Positions 36,750-45,920 of a stretch of 64,000 bases of DNA are shown piece after piece. The stretch is from NCBI GenBank assembly GCA_030747485.1, contig JASLKP010000004.1, positions 5,244 through 69,243 on the forward strand. Direction: 5' to 3'. The DNA is from Candidatus Thalassarchaeaceae archaeon (GTDB lineage Archaea; Thermoplasmatota; Poseidoniia; Poseidoniales; Thalassarchaeaceae). Under the pieces are notes generated by a model that worked only from the letters and a program-made list of their open reading frames with translations, had not been told where the DNA came from and did not search any database. The position numbers and the translations under genes are program-made. The stretch's first letter is position 1; every line of letters begins with the position of its first letter.

Positions 36750-37190
36750 ATGACAGAGAAAAAGCGAGTACTCGGCAGAGGTCTCGAGGATCTCCTTGCT
36801 CAGCATGATCAAGACCTCCCCTTCTTGGATTCTTATGGGCCAGATATTGGCGTTGGAGAGGGCCTGCCTGCTGGTGCTGGAGAACATGCGACAGAAGATT
36901 TGCTTGAAGCTATACTTAGATTGCTGCGCGCAGAAGGTCAAACTGTTTCCTCAGATGACGGAATCGTCATCGAAGGACTTCTGAAAGTCACGCCTGCAGA
37001 ATTAGGGGTACACCTCTCCTTTCAAAGTGGGGATTCACCTCTGCCATTGGTGCCCTCAGACCTTGGTGCCCCTGGTCTAGAAGACGGTCAACTTTCATCC
37101 GATCGTAGTGAGGCTACAGTCTCTATCGTTCAATGGGGCATTCCTTCTCGAAGATTGTTAGAACGCTTGTGTGAACATTGGTCGTGTTGA
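36750..37190 (+). CDS. Small acidic protein carrying only a ParB-like N-terminal LGRGL peptide; putative ParA partner
   Basis: MTEKKRVLGRGLEDLLA resembles the extreme N-terminus of chromosomal ParB/Spo0J. No HTH or ParB-box domain is visible afterwards. It starts 4 nt after the parA stop. Confidence 0.5.
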   Translation: MTEKKRVLGRGLEDLLAQHDQDLPFLDSYGPDIGVGEGLPAGAGEHATEDLLEAILRLLRAEGQTVSSDDGIVIEGLLKVTPAELGVHLSFQSGDSPLPLVPSDLGAPGLEDGQLSSDRSEATVSIVQWGIPSRRLLERLCEHWSC

Positions 37191-37191
37191 A

Positions 37192-38520
37192 TCATCGAGC
37201 CAGTGAACCCATTGGATCCCATGGTGACAATACGTGAGGCTCCTTCGATAGTGCCGCACGCATTTCATCGGTTAGATACGAGGATGGGGCCGCGATTTCA
37301 AACATGTATTCATCAAACCAACTATCATTCATGGTGTAAAATCCCTTGATGCCACTCTTCTTGTCACCCCATGAATTCTCAACTCTCCATCGCCTCGTTT
37401 CTCCATCGACAACATCCACCCCAGTGAATAGCATAGCATGTGTCATCATGGTTTGATGATAGCGTAATCGATCGGCCTTTTCAAGTCCGAATTCCATTCC
37501 ATACATTTCCTTGAATGAGAATAATTCTGCATCCCACAATCCCCGTTGTCGATGCATTTGCTTGCCAACATCACAGCCCATCCAAACGGGCGTACCATCC
37601 TCTAATAGCCGCTTAGTGATGTCTTTCATATCATCCATGCCAATGTTAAGATAGACAACAGGTGGACCTCCTGCCACATTTTGAAGGAAGTCAACAGTGT
37701 AGGTTTCCATTGTGGCATTTCTAGGGTCATGGACTAGACAGACATAATCTTCGTAATCGATGGTTACAAATCGTTTCGCAAATTCTTGAGGTGTCATTTC
37801 ACCTTCACGATGGAACTTGTCATTCTTGTCACGCCATTGCCAATCAAAGGTTTCTGGAGGTGTTCCAAGGTGGATACATAATACTCGCCAAATGTCAGCC
37901 AATCTGCTATCTTTGTGACTTTCAATTTCAGAATCTGTCGCTCCATCATTGGTCATGTTTCTCAATTCCATTGCAGACGTTCGAAGCATGTGGTTGAGTG
38001 CAGCATTCATTCGACGAGTCGCGGAGGATGAATACGATTCAGGATAGGCGGCCTTTGGAACAAGGCCATGCTTCTGTACTAGATTGACGGCCATGTTCCA
38101 TTGACCACCGTCATCCAGTGGGTGGTCCAATAGGAAAGCGACAGTTCGATCATCTAGGGGGCGATCTGCTGTATCCACAATCGATTGCAAAAAGTGATTG
38201 GCTCGTTCAAATTTATCCCAGAAATGAATGTGTGCTTGACTGAATTCAAAATCTTTCAAACCCATTTCTTTCATTGCACCGACTCTGAATAGATTGAGCA
38301 TCGCAAACAACCAACATCGCCCACTACTCTTCTGGTTGGTTACTTTCCAATCATCGAGTTTTGTGGAGAATGTAAAATCTGTATTGACGACAACATCTCG
38401 ATTCAATGCAATATCCAAGACATCGGTATTTGTAACGGCGTTTTGGATTACCTTCGCAGTAGGGTCTGCAGCGAATGCCGCTCGAAATTTGGCAATTTGT
38501 TCTGGAGTTACGACAGTCAT
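37192..38520 (-). CDS. pepC: Aminopeptidase C / bleomycin hydrolase (papain-like C1B peptidase)
   Basis: Active-site Cys context NQKSSGRCWLFAMLN, a C-terminal His/Asn block (HAMLFTGVD ... WRVENSWG), and 442 aa. Confidence 0.88.
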   Translation of the reverse strand: MTVVTPEQIAKFRAAFAADPTAKVIQNAVTNTDVLDIALNRDVVVNTDFTFSTKLDDWKVTNQKSSGRCWLFAMLNLFRVGAMKEMGLKDFEFSQAHIHFWDKFERANHFLQSIVDTADRPLDDRTVAFLLDHPLDDGGQWNMAVNLVQKHGLVPKAAYPESYSSSATRRMNAALNHMLRTSAMELRNMTNDGATDSEIESHKDSRLADIWRVLCIHLGTPPETFDWQWRDKNDKFHREGEMTPQEFAKRFVTIDYEDYVCLVHDPRNATMETYTVDFLQNVAGGPPVVYLNIGMDDMKDITKRLLEDGTPVWMGCDVGKQMHRQRGLWDAELFSFKEMYGMEFGLEKADRLRYHQTMMTHAMLFTGVDVVDGETRRWRVENSWGDKKSGIKGFYTMNDSWFDEYMFEIAAPSSYLTDEMRAALSKEPHVLSPWDPMGSLAR

Positions 38521-38561
38521 TGGCTCACCTACGGTGAGCCATTCGCCGTCATCGACGACGC

Positions 38562-39164
38562 TTAGTCATCACGCTTCGCCAATAAGGCAGCGGACAATCC
38601 TACGATGACAGTAGTCATCAGAGCAGGTGCTGGCAAACCTCCGCCCGAATCATCAGGACAATTTTCCCCACCAGATTCATCACCGGATACCCAACAGTCA
38701 GACCAAACCTTCCCGCCCTGTGTGAATCCACCTTCAGGGAACTTCTCATTGTTACCATCGTTGTAATTCAGAATAATATCGTAGTTGACGTATGAATGAT
38801 CATTGACAGGTGTAACTGTTCCAGTCCAATTGCTATCCTCGCCAGTCATGTTGAGAACTTCTGGTTGATTACATACACCGCTATTTAGACACATTTGAGT
38901 CGTCCATTGTACTGTGGTTCCATTGCTAGATGCTTCCGCATTAAGTGTCACTTGAACGACGAAATTTACACCGTCAACAGATACACTCGGAGCATCGATT
39001 GAATCCATGGGGGTCCCATCAACGTTGATGGTACGATTATCTCCAGCGTTTGCTGCTGTTGCATATGGAACAATTAGACATAAAGACAAGGCGATGATAA
39101 ACACACGACGCATCATGCCCCTTACAGGGGCATTTAGTTGAAAACACCTCTGTTCTCTTGACAT
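38562..39164 (-). CDS. Small secreted protein with C-terminal hydrophobic anchor
   Basis: Signal peptide MMRRVFIIALSLCLIVPYATAANA (likely start at 39116). The C-terminus is GGGLPAPALMTTVIVGLSAALLAKRDD. Confidence 0.55.
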   Translation of the reverse strand: MSREQRCFQLNAPVRGMMRRVFIIALSLCLIVPYATAANAGDNRTINVDGTPMDSIDAPSVSVDGVNFVVQVTLNAEASSNGTTVQWTTQMCLNSGVCNQPEVLNMTGEDSNWTGTVTPVNDHSYVNYDIILNYNDGNNEKFPEGGFTQGGKVWSDCWVSGDESGGENCPDDSGGGLPAPALMTTVIVGLSAALLAKRDD

Positions 39165-39174
39165 CTCATGGTCA

Positions 39175-39687
39175 TCAGAGTTCTAATTCCCATAATTCAT
39201 CACCAACATGATGCAACATTTTGACTGCCTTCCCTTTGGTTGCCTCTTTCATCTCTGATGCAGACATCATTGCCCATCCAATGGCGATTGGCTTGCCGTG
39301 TGTTTGATCGCGAATCCAAATGAGATCACCTTCCTCAATACATTCGCATGCAGCATGAATTCCAGCAGCCATACAATCCGCTCCGTTCATCAAGAAAGGA
39401 ATGGCACCGTGATCAACATCGCACCATCTCGAACTTGGTGACCATGCAAGTATGCCACGCAGTGTTGGAAATGCGATAATTTCCCCCTCTGCATCAGCCA
39501 CTTCCATTCCAAGAGGTGATTTATCCACAATGAGTAGTGACCATGGCCCAAATTGAGCCGTTTCTAGGAATGCATTCGATAGGTCTACATCGATTCCAAG
39601 TGGTTCAGTCAATCGTTCGATTAGTCCCTTGATTTTCTTGTGCCTCACGGGCTTTCGTCCCTTGAGTTTCCAATCTTTCTTGGCCAC
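39175..39687 (-). CDS. PUA-domain RNA-binding protein (COG2016 / Tma20-like)
   Basis: VDHGAIPFLMNGADCMAAGI ... GDLIWIRDQTHGKPIAIGWAMMSASEM...KGKAVKMLHHVGDELW fits the PUA pattern. Confidence 0.7.
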   Translation of the reverse strand: MAKKDWKLKGRKPVRHKKIKGLIERLTEPLGIDVDLSNAFLETAQFGPWSLLIVDKSPLGMEVADAEGEIIAFPTLRGILAWSPSSRWCDVDHGAIPFLMNGADCMAAGIHAACECIEEGDLIWIRDQTHGKPIAIGWAMMSASEMKEATKGKAVKMLHHVGDELWELEL

Positions 39688-39759
39688 GTTTCAAACGAGT
39701 GATAGCCACTCTTTCAATACTCGCCTAGATTCAATCTGTAGGGTTCAATTGATGGTTGA

Positions 39760-40377
39760 GTGATGACTGGCCAGTCCATGCCGAGTATCTGGTGCGCCCT
39801 TCGAACCTTTGCTTCACATGCAAAGGAAATGGGCAATCAAGAGTTGTCAAAACCTCTCTTTTTCCTGAAGCCATGGGCTTCATTGGCACGCCCCCCAATC
39901 GGTTGTGAAATGGCGCTACCCATTTCTGATGGTGACATTCATCATGAAGTCGAACTCGTTCTTGAATTGGGAGCACAACTTCGTATTGAACGAATTGCAA
40001 TTGGCTTAGATTTAACCAATCGTTCAGCACAACAAGAAGCCAAATCATCAGGAATGCCATGGACACAGTCGAAAGGATTTGCCAATAGTGCCATCGTTGG
40101 CGAGATGGTAACGCCACCTGTGGGATTGGATCATTTACGAATTGAACTCGCAGTCAATGGTCAACCACGTCAAGAGGCGACGATTGGTGAGATGTCGTTT
40201 TCTCCAATCGACCTTCTCAATTCTTTGGAGTCCTGGGCACCGCTAGAGGCAGGAGATTTACTGTTCTGTGGAACTCCATCTGGTGTGGGGTCCCTTTCAT
40301 TGGGAGATCATCTTATTGCCAGACTTCTCAGTGAAGATGGAACTGTTCTCAGTGAACTTGATTTGTCCATCGCTTAA
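39760..40377 (+). CDS. Fumarylacetoacetate hydrolase (FAH) family protein
   Basis: IWCALRTFASHAKEMG, PLFFLKPWASL, HHEVELVLELG, LDLTNRSAQQEAKSSGMPW and GDLLFCGTPSGVG. Confidence 0.8.
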   Translation: MMTGQSMPSIWCALRTFASHAKEMGNQELSKPLFFLKPWASLARPPIGCEMALPISDGDIHHEVELVLELGAQLRIERIAIGLDLTNRSAQQEAKSSGMPWTQSKGFANSAIVGEMVTPPVGLDHLRIELAVNGQPRQEATIGEMSFSPIDLLNSLESWAPLEAGDLLFCGTPSGVGSLSLGDHLIARLLSEDGTVLSELDLSIA

Positions 40378-40773
40378 TCACGGCGGAACGGATTCATGCA
40401 AGTTAAGTGCGGCTCTAGCCTTATCAACATCGTCGACAGAAAAGGCCAATTCTGTGTCGCCACGATATCTTGAAAGAACATAAATCGATGTAATGCTTAC
40501 ACCAGCATTCCCCAATCTTTCAGAGAAATCAGCAAGTGATCCAGGTCTGTCTGGCATCACGAGTGTAAGCAATTCATTGACGGTATACTCAATGTTCATC
40601 GCATCCAATGCCAATCGTGTTTCGATGATTTGTTCTGTGACAATTGCAACATTAGGTGCTGCACGCCCAATCGCGCACATGGTCTGAATATTGATGCCAC
40701 GTTCTGCAAACTCGCGACTGACACGAGCAAGTTGTCCAGCTTCGTCGGGTAGGGCCATTGAGAATTCCATCAT
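40378..40773 (-). CDS. Tandem ACT-domain protein
   Basis: MMEFSMALPDEAGQLARVSREFAERGINIQTM and LVMPDRPGSLADFSERLGNAGVSITSIY form two ACT-like beta-alpha-beta units. The internal Met start avoids overlap with rps8e. Confidence 0.65.
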   Translation of the reverse strand: MMEFSMALPDEAGQLARVSREFAERGINIQTMCAIGRAAPNVAIVTEQIIETRLALDAMNIEYTVNELLTLVMPDRPGSLADFSERLGNAGVSITSIYVLSRYRGDTELAFSVDDVDKARAALNLHESVPP

Positions 40774-40850
40774 GGTGGTTCGCCGTCTCGTGGGGGTCCT
40801 GTGGTCGCTATTTACCCACCGGATGACGAATAGACCCCCATCGTGGTCTT

Positions 40851-40860
40851 GAAATAAGGG
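40851..40860 (+). promoter_or_regulatory. TATA-like box upstream of rps8e
   Basis: GAAATAAGGG lies 33-42 nt before ATG 40893. It shares an ATAA(A)GGGA core with the box upstream of EF-1alpha. Confidence 0.3.
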
Positions 40861-40892
40861 AAGCAGGTCGCCCGCTTCCCAGAGGGAAGACC

Positions 40893-41282
40893 ATGGCACA
40901 CTGGCACGGCATATCTCGACGCAAGTCCACAGGTGGACGCCTTAAGCGTCCTAGCAGTTATCGTGGCAAGCGTCGAACAGAGATTTCATCTGAAAAGCAA
41001 TTCACACAAATCGGTGAACCAAGCCGCAAGGTCTATCGAAAGCGCTCAGGTTCTCAGACCGTCCGTGTTCTATTTGATACTCATATTAACGTTGCAGACA
41101 AGAAGACTGGAAAAGTCGTCACTGCAACACTTCAAACCGTGAGCGAGAATGCTGCAGATCCTAACTATGTCCGTCGAAACATCCTCACCAAGGGTGCGGT
41201 GGTTGAGACAGACAAGGGCAACGTCCGAATCACCAGCCGTCCGGGCAGTCATGGCGTCATCAATGGCGTCCTGCTAGAGTGA
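40893..41282 (+). CDS. rps8e: 30S ribosomal protein S8e
   Basis: MAHWHGISRRKSTGGRLKRPSSYRGKRRTE is the typical S8e N-terminus. 129 aa. Confidence 0.92.
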   Translation: MAHWHGISRRKSTGGRLKRPSSYRGKRRTEISSEKQFTQIGEPSRKVYRKRSGSQTVRVLFDTHINVADKKTGKVVTATLQTVSENAADPNYVRRNILTKGAVVETDKGNVRITSRPGSHGVINGVLLE

Positions 41283-41326
41283 AGGTTCACATTTGATGAG
41301 GTATACGCCTCCTCGGAGACCTTGAG

Positions 41327-41773
41327 ATGGCGAACCACCCTGACCGCGTTGTCGTGTGGCCTGGATACTTCGATGTGAAAGCGAGCCGTCGCTCTGGTCG
41401 ACGTGTTTCAAAGAAACATTCAGTCTCAAATCCTACTCTTGAGGGGTTGGCATTTGCCGCACGCGGTGCAGGGATTCGAAAGATGAAACGCGATGAAGGA
41501 GTTTCTCATCCATCTAGACCGACTAGTAGCGAAGGCCGTCTATGGGTTTCTACAGAAGATGCCCTCAAAGCAACAGGTGCCACTTCAAAGGAAGGAATCC
41601 TACAGGCAATTGCTGCTGCGTGGAAGGGTCAGGAATCCTCTGCTCAAGAGTCCGCCCAATCAGCCAAGAAAGCAGGTCCTAAGGCTGGAGACAAGCGCGG
41701 CCGATCTCAGCGTAAGTCATTCAAAACCTCAAAGGGACGTAAACCAAGTGAACGTCGTCAGCGTCGAAAATGA
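41327..41773 (+). CDS. srp19: Signal recognition particle protein SRP19
   Basis: VVWPGYFDVKASRRSGRRVSK is the hallmark SRP19 motif. The rps8e-srp19 adjacency is common in archaea. Confidence 0.88.
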   Translation: MANHPDRVVVWPGYFDVKASRRSGRRVSKKHSVSNPTLEGLAFAARGAGIRKMKRDEGVSHPSRPTSSEGRLWVSTEDALKATGATSKEGILQAIAAAWKGQESSAQESAQSAKKAGPKAGDKRGRSQRKSFKTSKGRKPSERRQRRK

Positions 41774-41775
41774 GC

Positions 41776-42171
41776 TTAGACCCAGACATCATTAGAAGCG
41801 GTTAATTCCCCTTCTGTGTTACCTGTATTCACAACATCACGAGGTTCAACCAGCATGACTTTGCATTCATTCTCAGCAGATGGCTTGTGCTCGACTCCTT
41901 TTGGAACCACATACATTTCACCTTCACTCAATTCCACGGTTTCATTCTCAAATTCAATTTTCATCTGACCTTCAATCACGATGAATACTTCATCTGTATC
42001 TTTGTGATGATGCCAAACAAAATCACCCTTAATCTTGACCAACTTGAATTGATAATCATTCATTTCCGCAACGACCTTTGGAGACCAGTGGTCAGAAAAC
42101 TTGGATAATTTATCCTTCAAATTGATTTTATCCATTTGTTCACTTCCAGCAAGCGTCAATGTACAGTTCAC
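41776..42171 (-). CDS. Cupin-domain protein
   Basis: GDFVWHHHKDTDEVFIVIEGQMKIEF ... GEMYVVPKGVEHKP are the two cupin motifs. Confidence 0.8.
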   Translation of the reverse strand: MNCTLTLAGSEQMDKINLKDKLSKFSDHWSPKVVAEMNDYQFKLVKIKGDFVWHHHKDTDEVFIVIEGQMKIEFENETVELSEGEMYVVPKGVEHKPSAENECKVMLVEPRDVVNTGNTEGELTASNDVWV

Positions 42172-43268
42172 TCGACTTCGATTTTAGGAATCGGCACGGC
42201 TCGAATCCATCCAAATGCATCGGGCTCAGTTTGGGTTTGAATTCCTGTGAGCGCATCATAGAGTTCTCTCGTTACGGCCCCCACTTCATTGTTGCAGTAC
42301 ATGGTACACAAATCACCTTGACAGATGGCGCCAATAGGTGAAATAACTGCTGCAGTACCTGCGCAGAAGCATTCATCCGCTTCAAGGACAAAATCGATTT
42401 CGACTTTTTCCTCGATGACTTCGTATCCTCGTGCGCGAGCAAGATGAATGATTGAATCACGGGTGATACCTGGTAGAATCGTTCCTGTGAGTTCAGGTGT
42501 GTGTATGACGCCATCCTTGACGCAGAAGAAGTTCGCCGCTCCAACTTCCTCGATATAGCGATGTTCTGTAGCATCTAGATAGATGATTTCTGCAAAGCCC
42601 TCTTTCTTTGCATTCTTGCTTGGCATCATGCCAGGTGCATAGTTGCCAATGGCCTTGACACCACCACTACCACCGGGGCAGGCTCGATGAAATTCATCTG
42701 ATACCTTCAATGAAATTGGAAGCAATCCTCCCTTGAAGTATGGTCCAACAGGACAGACATAGATCATGAATGTGTATTCTGGAGAGGGTGCAACACCTAG
42801 GATAGCTCCAGTCCCCCATAGTACCGGACGGATGTAGAGTGCTCCTTTGCCAGTAGGGGGAACCCATCGTGCATTTGCGGCCACAACTTGTTCCACTGCA
42901 TCCAAGAACATCTCTTCAGGCACTGGTGGCATTCCCAACCGAGAAGCACCAGATTGTAATCTTGCAGCATTCCGCTCAGGTCTGAACAGAACGATGCCAC
43001 CGTTTACACTACGTTGAGCTTTCATCCCTTCAAACAGACCTTGACCATAATTGAGGACACCAGCAGCTGGAGATACAGAAATTTCACCATATGGCTCCAT
43101 TTCTCCAGGTTGCCACTCTTCACCGAGTTTGCATTTGGCGACATACATCATGTCGGTTGGGGTGAATGAGAATGTTAACGCGTCCCAGTCAATTTGGTCT
43201 TCCAAAACAAATCCTCCAGTCAAATTGCCTCGTCCGGCTAGTGGTCCAACAATAGGGGTGGTTCTCAA
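42168..43268 (-). CDS. ilvE: Branched-chain amino acid aminotransferase (fold type IV)
   Basis: LNYGQGLFEGMKA, YIRPVLWG and GGVKAIGNYA (PLP Lys context). 366 aa. Confidence 0.9.
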   Translation of the reverse strand: MRTTPIVGPLAGRGNLTGGFVLEDQIDWDALTFSFTPTDMMYVAKCKLGEEWQPGEMEPYGEISVSPAAGVLNYGQGLFEGMKAQRSVNGGIVLFRPERNAARLQSGASRLGMPPVPEEMFLDAVEQVVAANARWVPPTGKGALYIRPVLWGTGAILGVAPSPEYTFMIYVCPVGPYFKGGLLPISLKVSDEFHRACPGGSGGVKAIGNYAPGMMPSKNAKKEGFAEIIYLDATEHRYIEEVGAANFFCVKDGVIHTPELTGTILPGITRDSIIHLARARGYEVIEEKVEIDFVLEADECFCAGTAAVISPIGAICQGDLCTMYCNNEVGAVTRELYDALTGIQTQTEPDAFGWIRAVPIPKIEVE

Positions 43269-43353
43269 CCATTCCGCCTACACCCGCTCGCGACTGCGAT
43301 TTGTTGGATGGCCTTCCATAGAATTGAAAGACACCCGATGGAATCATCATGCC

Positions 43354-45861
43354 ATGTCGCAAGATGGGGAGGGTTGCATTGTCGCCGCTTCCTATCAAGG
43401 ATCAGGCAAAGAAACAGTCGTTGAACTCTGGGTGCGCGCACGCGAGGGTCACTCTGTGGTACTCTTGGTTCATGGCTTACGCCCATTTCTGGAGATTTCC
43501 ATTCCCGGAAAGAGTGCCGAGGTACCTTCAGATATATCGGGGCGATTGAATCTAGTAGATGCACTTGCAGATGTCACCGAGATTTCTGGGCCAGTGGATA
43601 AGTGGACCGAGTCAGGAACGAAACCACATTGGAGAGTAGAGGTAATTCAGCCATACACTGTACCTAAACTTCGAAAAACCTTAGAATCATGGAAATGGGA
43701 GATTAGTAGTGCTGACATCATATTTCCTCAACGTCTCCTCCTCGATTTGGATATCGGACCACACATTGGTTGGAGTGGTGAATTGTTAGAGAAGGATGGC
43801 GATGTCATCCGGGAAGCGGGTGGTCGGGGATTGTATCCAACAAATCAGGTGATTCATTGTGGTGTCGACGATTTACGTTCGATAGACGCATTTGCGGCCC
43901 CTTTTGTCACATTTTCATTCGATCTTGAGACAAGTATTGAATCCGGCCACATTCTTTGTGCGGCGGCAGTGGTTGAACAAAATGGTAAGAGCGAAACTCA
44001 TACTTTTCAAGGAGACGAACGCGAGATGCTCGAAGGCCTAACACGTTTGGTTAGAGAGAGTGATCCGGATATCATTACAGGTTACAACATTGACAATTTT
44101 GATTTGCCCAAAATCAAGGAACGTATGGAGGCACTCGAGGACCGTAAGGACCGTTTTACTCGTGCTGCACTTGCGGGATGGGGCCGAATCCCAATCACTG
44201 AGGGGGCCTGTAAGGGGGGTTCGCGCGGGCCTCCCATTTTGGCAAATCGTCAACAAAATCGTAAATGGGTACTGGCAGGCAGATGTGTGATGGATGCGTG
44301 GTGGGAAGCCCGCATGACGCTCAGGCCCAAGCGTGAAACCCTCAAGTTCGTCTCTGAACTGTTGTTCCCTGAACGCGAAGAATTGCGCAAGATGGATGTC
44401 GACGCCAGTCGAATGGATGATGAATGGGCAACTCGACCAGATGTTGTCCTTGAGTACTGTGCGCAGGACGCTCTTCTCCCCATCGAAATCCTTGATGCCA
44501 TTTCTGCAACTGCGCGCAAGGAGGCTTTGGCTGCGGTTGGTAAAGTGCCACTTGAAACCACAATCATTGGGTCGACTAGTCAATGGTTGGATAGTCTTGT
44601 CATTCGCTTAGCGGATCGCGAGAATATTGCCGTACCAATGACGCGTCGCGGTGGTAAATCTGATGCCATCACTGGAGGTTACGTCCATGAAATCGAAGGA
44701 GGTCGATATCCATGGGTCGCTGTGCTCGACTTCAAATCGATGTACCCGTCCATCATGATTTCAAACAACATCTGTCATACAACCCGTGTTGACAAGGATA
44801 ATCCCTCAATTGAAGTTCATCAATCACCTAGCGGTACGAAATTTCTGAAGAAAGAGGTACGCGAGGGACTTGTTCCTCGTCTTCTTGAAGATTTGATGAA
44901 CCAACGCGACCACCACAAGGAGATGATGAAGAGTGTAACAGATGAATCTGAACGACTCTTTCACGACCAGATGCAATTTGCTGTAAAAATTTTGATGAAC
45001 ACTTTCTATGGTGTCTACGCTTCTGCATTCTACCGATTTACACATCAGGACATTGGTTCAGCCATCACTGCTTGGGCGCGTTCCAACATCATGAAAATCA
45101 TCAGTGCTCTTGAAGAAGAAGACCATCCAGTGGTGTATTCTGATACAGATTCCGTCTTCGTTTCAGCTCCTGAAGAAGGCACAGAATCACTTGTTGCCTT
45201 CGGTCACGAATTGGCCAGTCGCTTCACCAAGGAGGGCGCAGAACTTGAATTTGAGAAAGGTCTCTCGGTGTTTTTCAGTCACGGTGCAAAGAAGCGATAT
45301 GTGGGTCGCGTGGTCTGGCCAGAAGAAGAACTGTTGATTCGTGGATATGAAATCAGAAGAACTGATTCCTTCGACCTACTGAATCAGACCATGATGGGAA
45401 CCTTTGAGAAAATCTTGGATGGTGATGAAGAAGGTGCCTACCAACACGTCATCAGTTTGATTCGTTCCGTGAAGGCCGGCGAGGTTGATGTGGCAGATCT
45501 TATCCTCAGCCGTTCCTGTAAGGGCAAGGTCCTCAAGGACGGAACAGTCGATTTCTCGGTATATTCCAATCCAGATGGATTGCCCTACGTTCAGGCGGCA
45601 AGGAAACGCATTGCTCGTGGGTTGCCTTTCACACCTGGAATGAAAGTCAGTTACATTGTCACAGCAGCCAAGGGTGAAGGTGGTCGCCAAACTGTCGAAC
45701 CATGGTTGGTTGCAGAAACTGGTGATGACCCCCCGGTCCCGGATTGGTTATTCTACGCTGAACGGCTTGCTCGGGCCATGGGTAGAATCACAGAAGTCTA
45801 TGGTTGGTCGGACAAAGATTTGCTTGCAGGAAGCCGTCAACAGACTTTCGATTTCTTCTGA
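43354..45861 (+). CDS. polB: Family B DNA polymerase
   Basis: Exo motifs FSFDLETS and GYNIDNFDLP. Pol motif A is DFKSMYPSIMISNNI, motif B is KILMNTFYGV, and motif C is YSDTDSVF. ATG 43354 is chosen because the upstream ORF extension overlaps ilvE. Confidence 0.93.
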   Translation: MSQDGEGCIVAASYQGSGKETVVELWVRAREGHSVVLLVHGLRPFLEISIPGKSAEVPSDISGRLNLVDALADVTEISGPVDKWTESGTKPHWRVEVIQPYTVPKLRKTLESWKWEISSADIIFPQRLLLDLDIGPHIGWSGELLEKDGDVIREAGGRGLYPTNQVIHCGVDDLRSIDAFAAPFVTFSFDLETSIESGHILCAAAVVEQNGKSETHTFQGDEREMLEGLTRLVRESDPDIITGYNIDNFDLPKIKERMEALEDRKDRFTRAALAGWGRIPITEGACKGGSRGPPILANRQQNRKWVLAGRCVMDAWWEARMTLRPKRETLKFVSELLFPEREELRKMDVDASRMDDEWATRPDVVLEYCAQDALLPIEILDAISATARKEALAAVGKVPLETTIIGSTSQWLDSLVIRLADRENIAVPMTRRGGKSDAITGGYVHEIEGGRYPWVAVLDFKSMYPSIMISNNICHTTRVDKDNPSIEVHQSPSGTKFLKKEVREGLVPRLLEDLMNQRDHHKEMMKSVTDESERLFHDQMQFAVKILMNTFYGVYASAFYRFTHQDIGSAITAWARSNIMKIISALEEEDHPVVYSDTDSVFVSAPEEGTESLVAFGHELASRFTKEGAELEFEKGLSVFFSHGAKKRYVGRVVWPEEELLIRGYEIRRTDSFDLLNQTMMGTFEKILDGDEEGAYQHVISLIRSVKAGEVDVADLILSRSCKGKVLKDGTVDFSVYSNPDGLPYVQAARKRIARGLPFTPGMKVSYIVTAAKGEGGRQTVEPWLVAETGDDPPVPDWLFYAERLARAMGRITEVYGWSDKDLLAGSRQQTFDFF

Positions 45862-45920
45862 CGCCATAGGCGTCCAATTTAGCGAATGGTTGATGATGGA
45901 CGAGCGCCCCCTTCCATCCA

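Noticed and set aside
43051-43353. The 936-aa ORF track entry suggests PolB starts at 43051.
   Set aside because: The first ~100 codons lie antisense to the well-supported ilvE gene (42168-43268) and have no polymerase-like sequence. ATG 43354 gives a normal 835-aa family-B polymerase.
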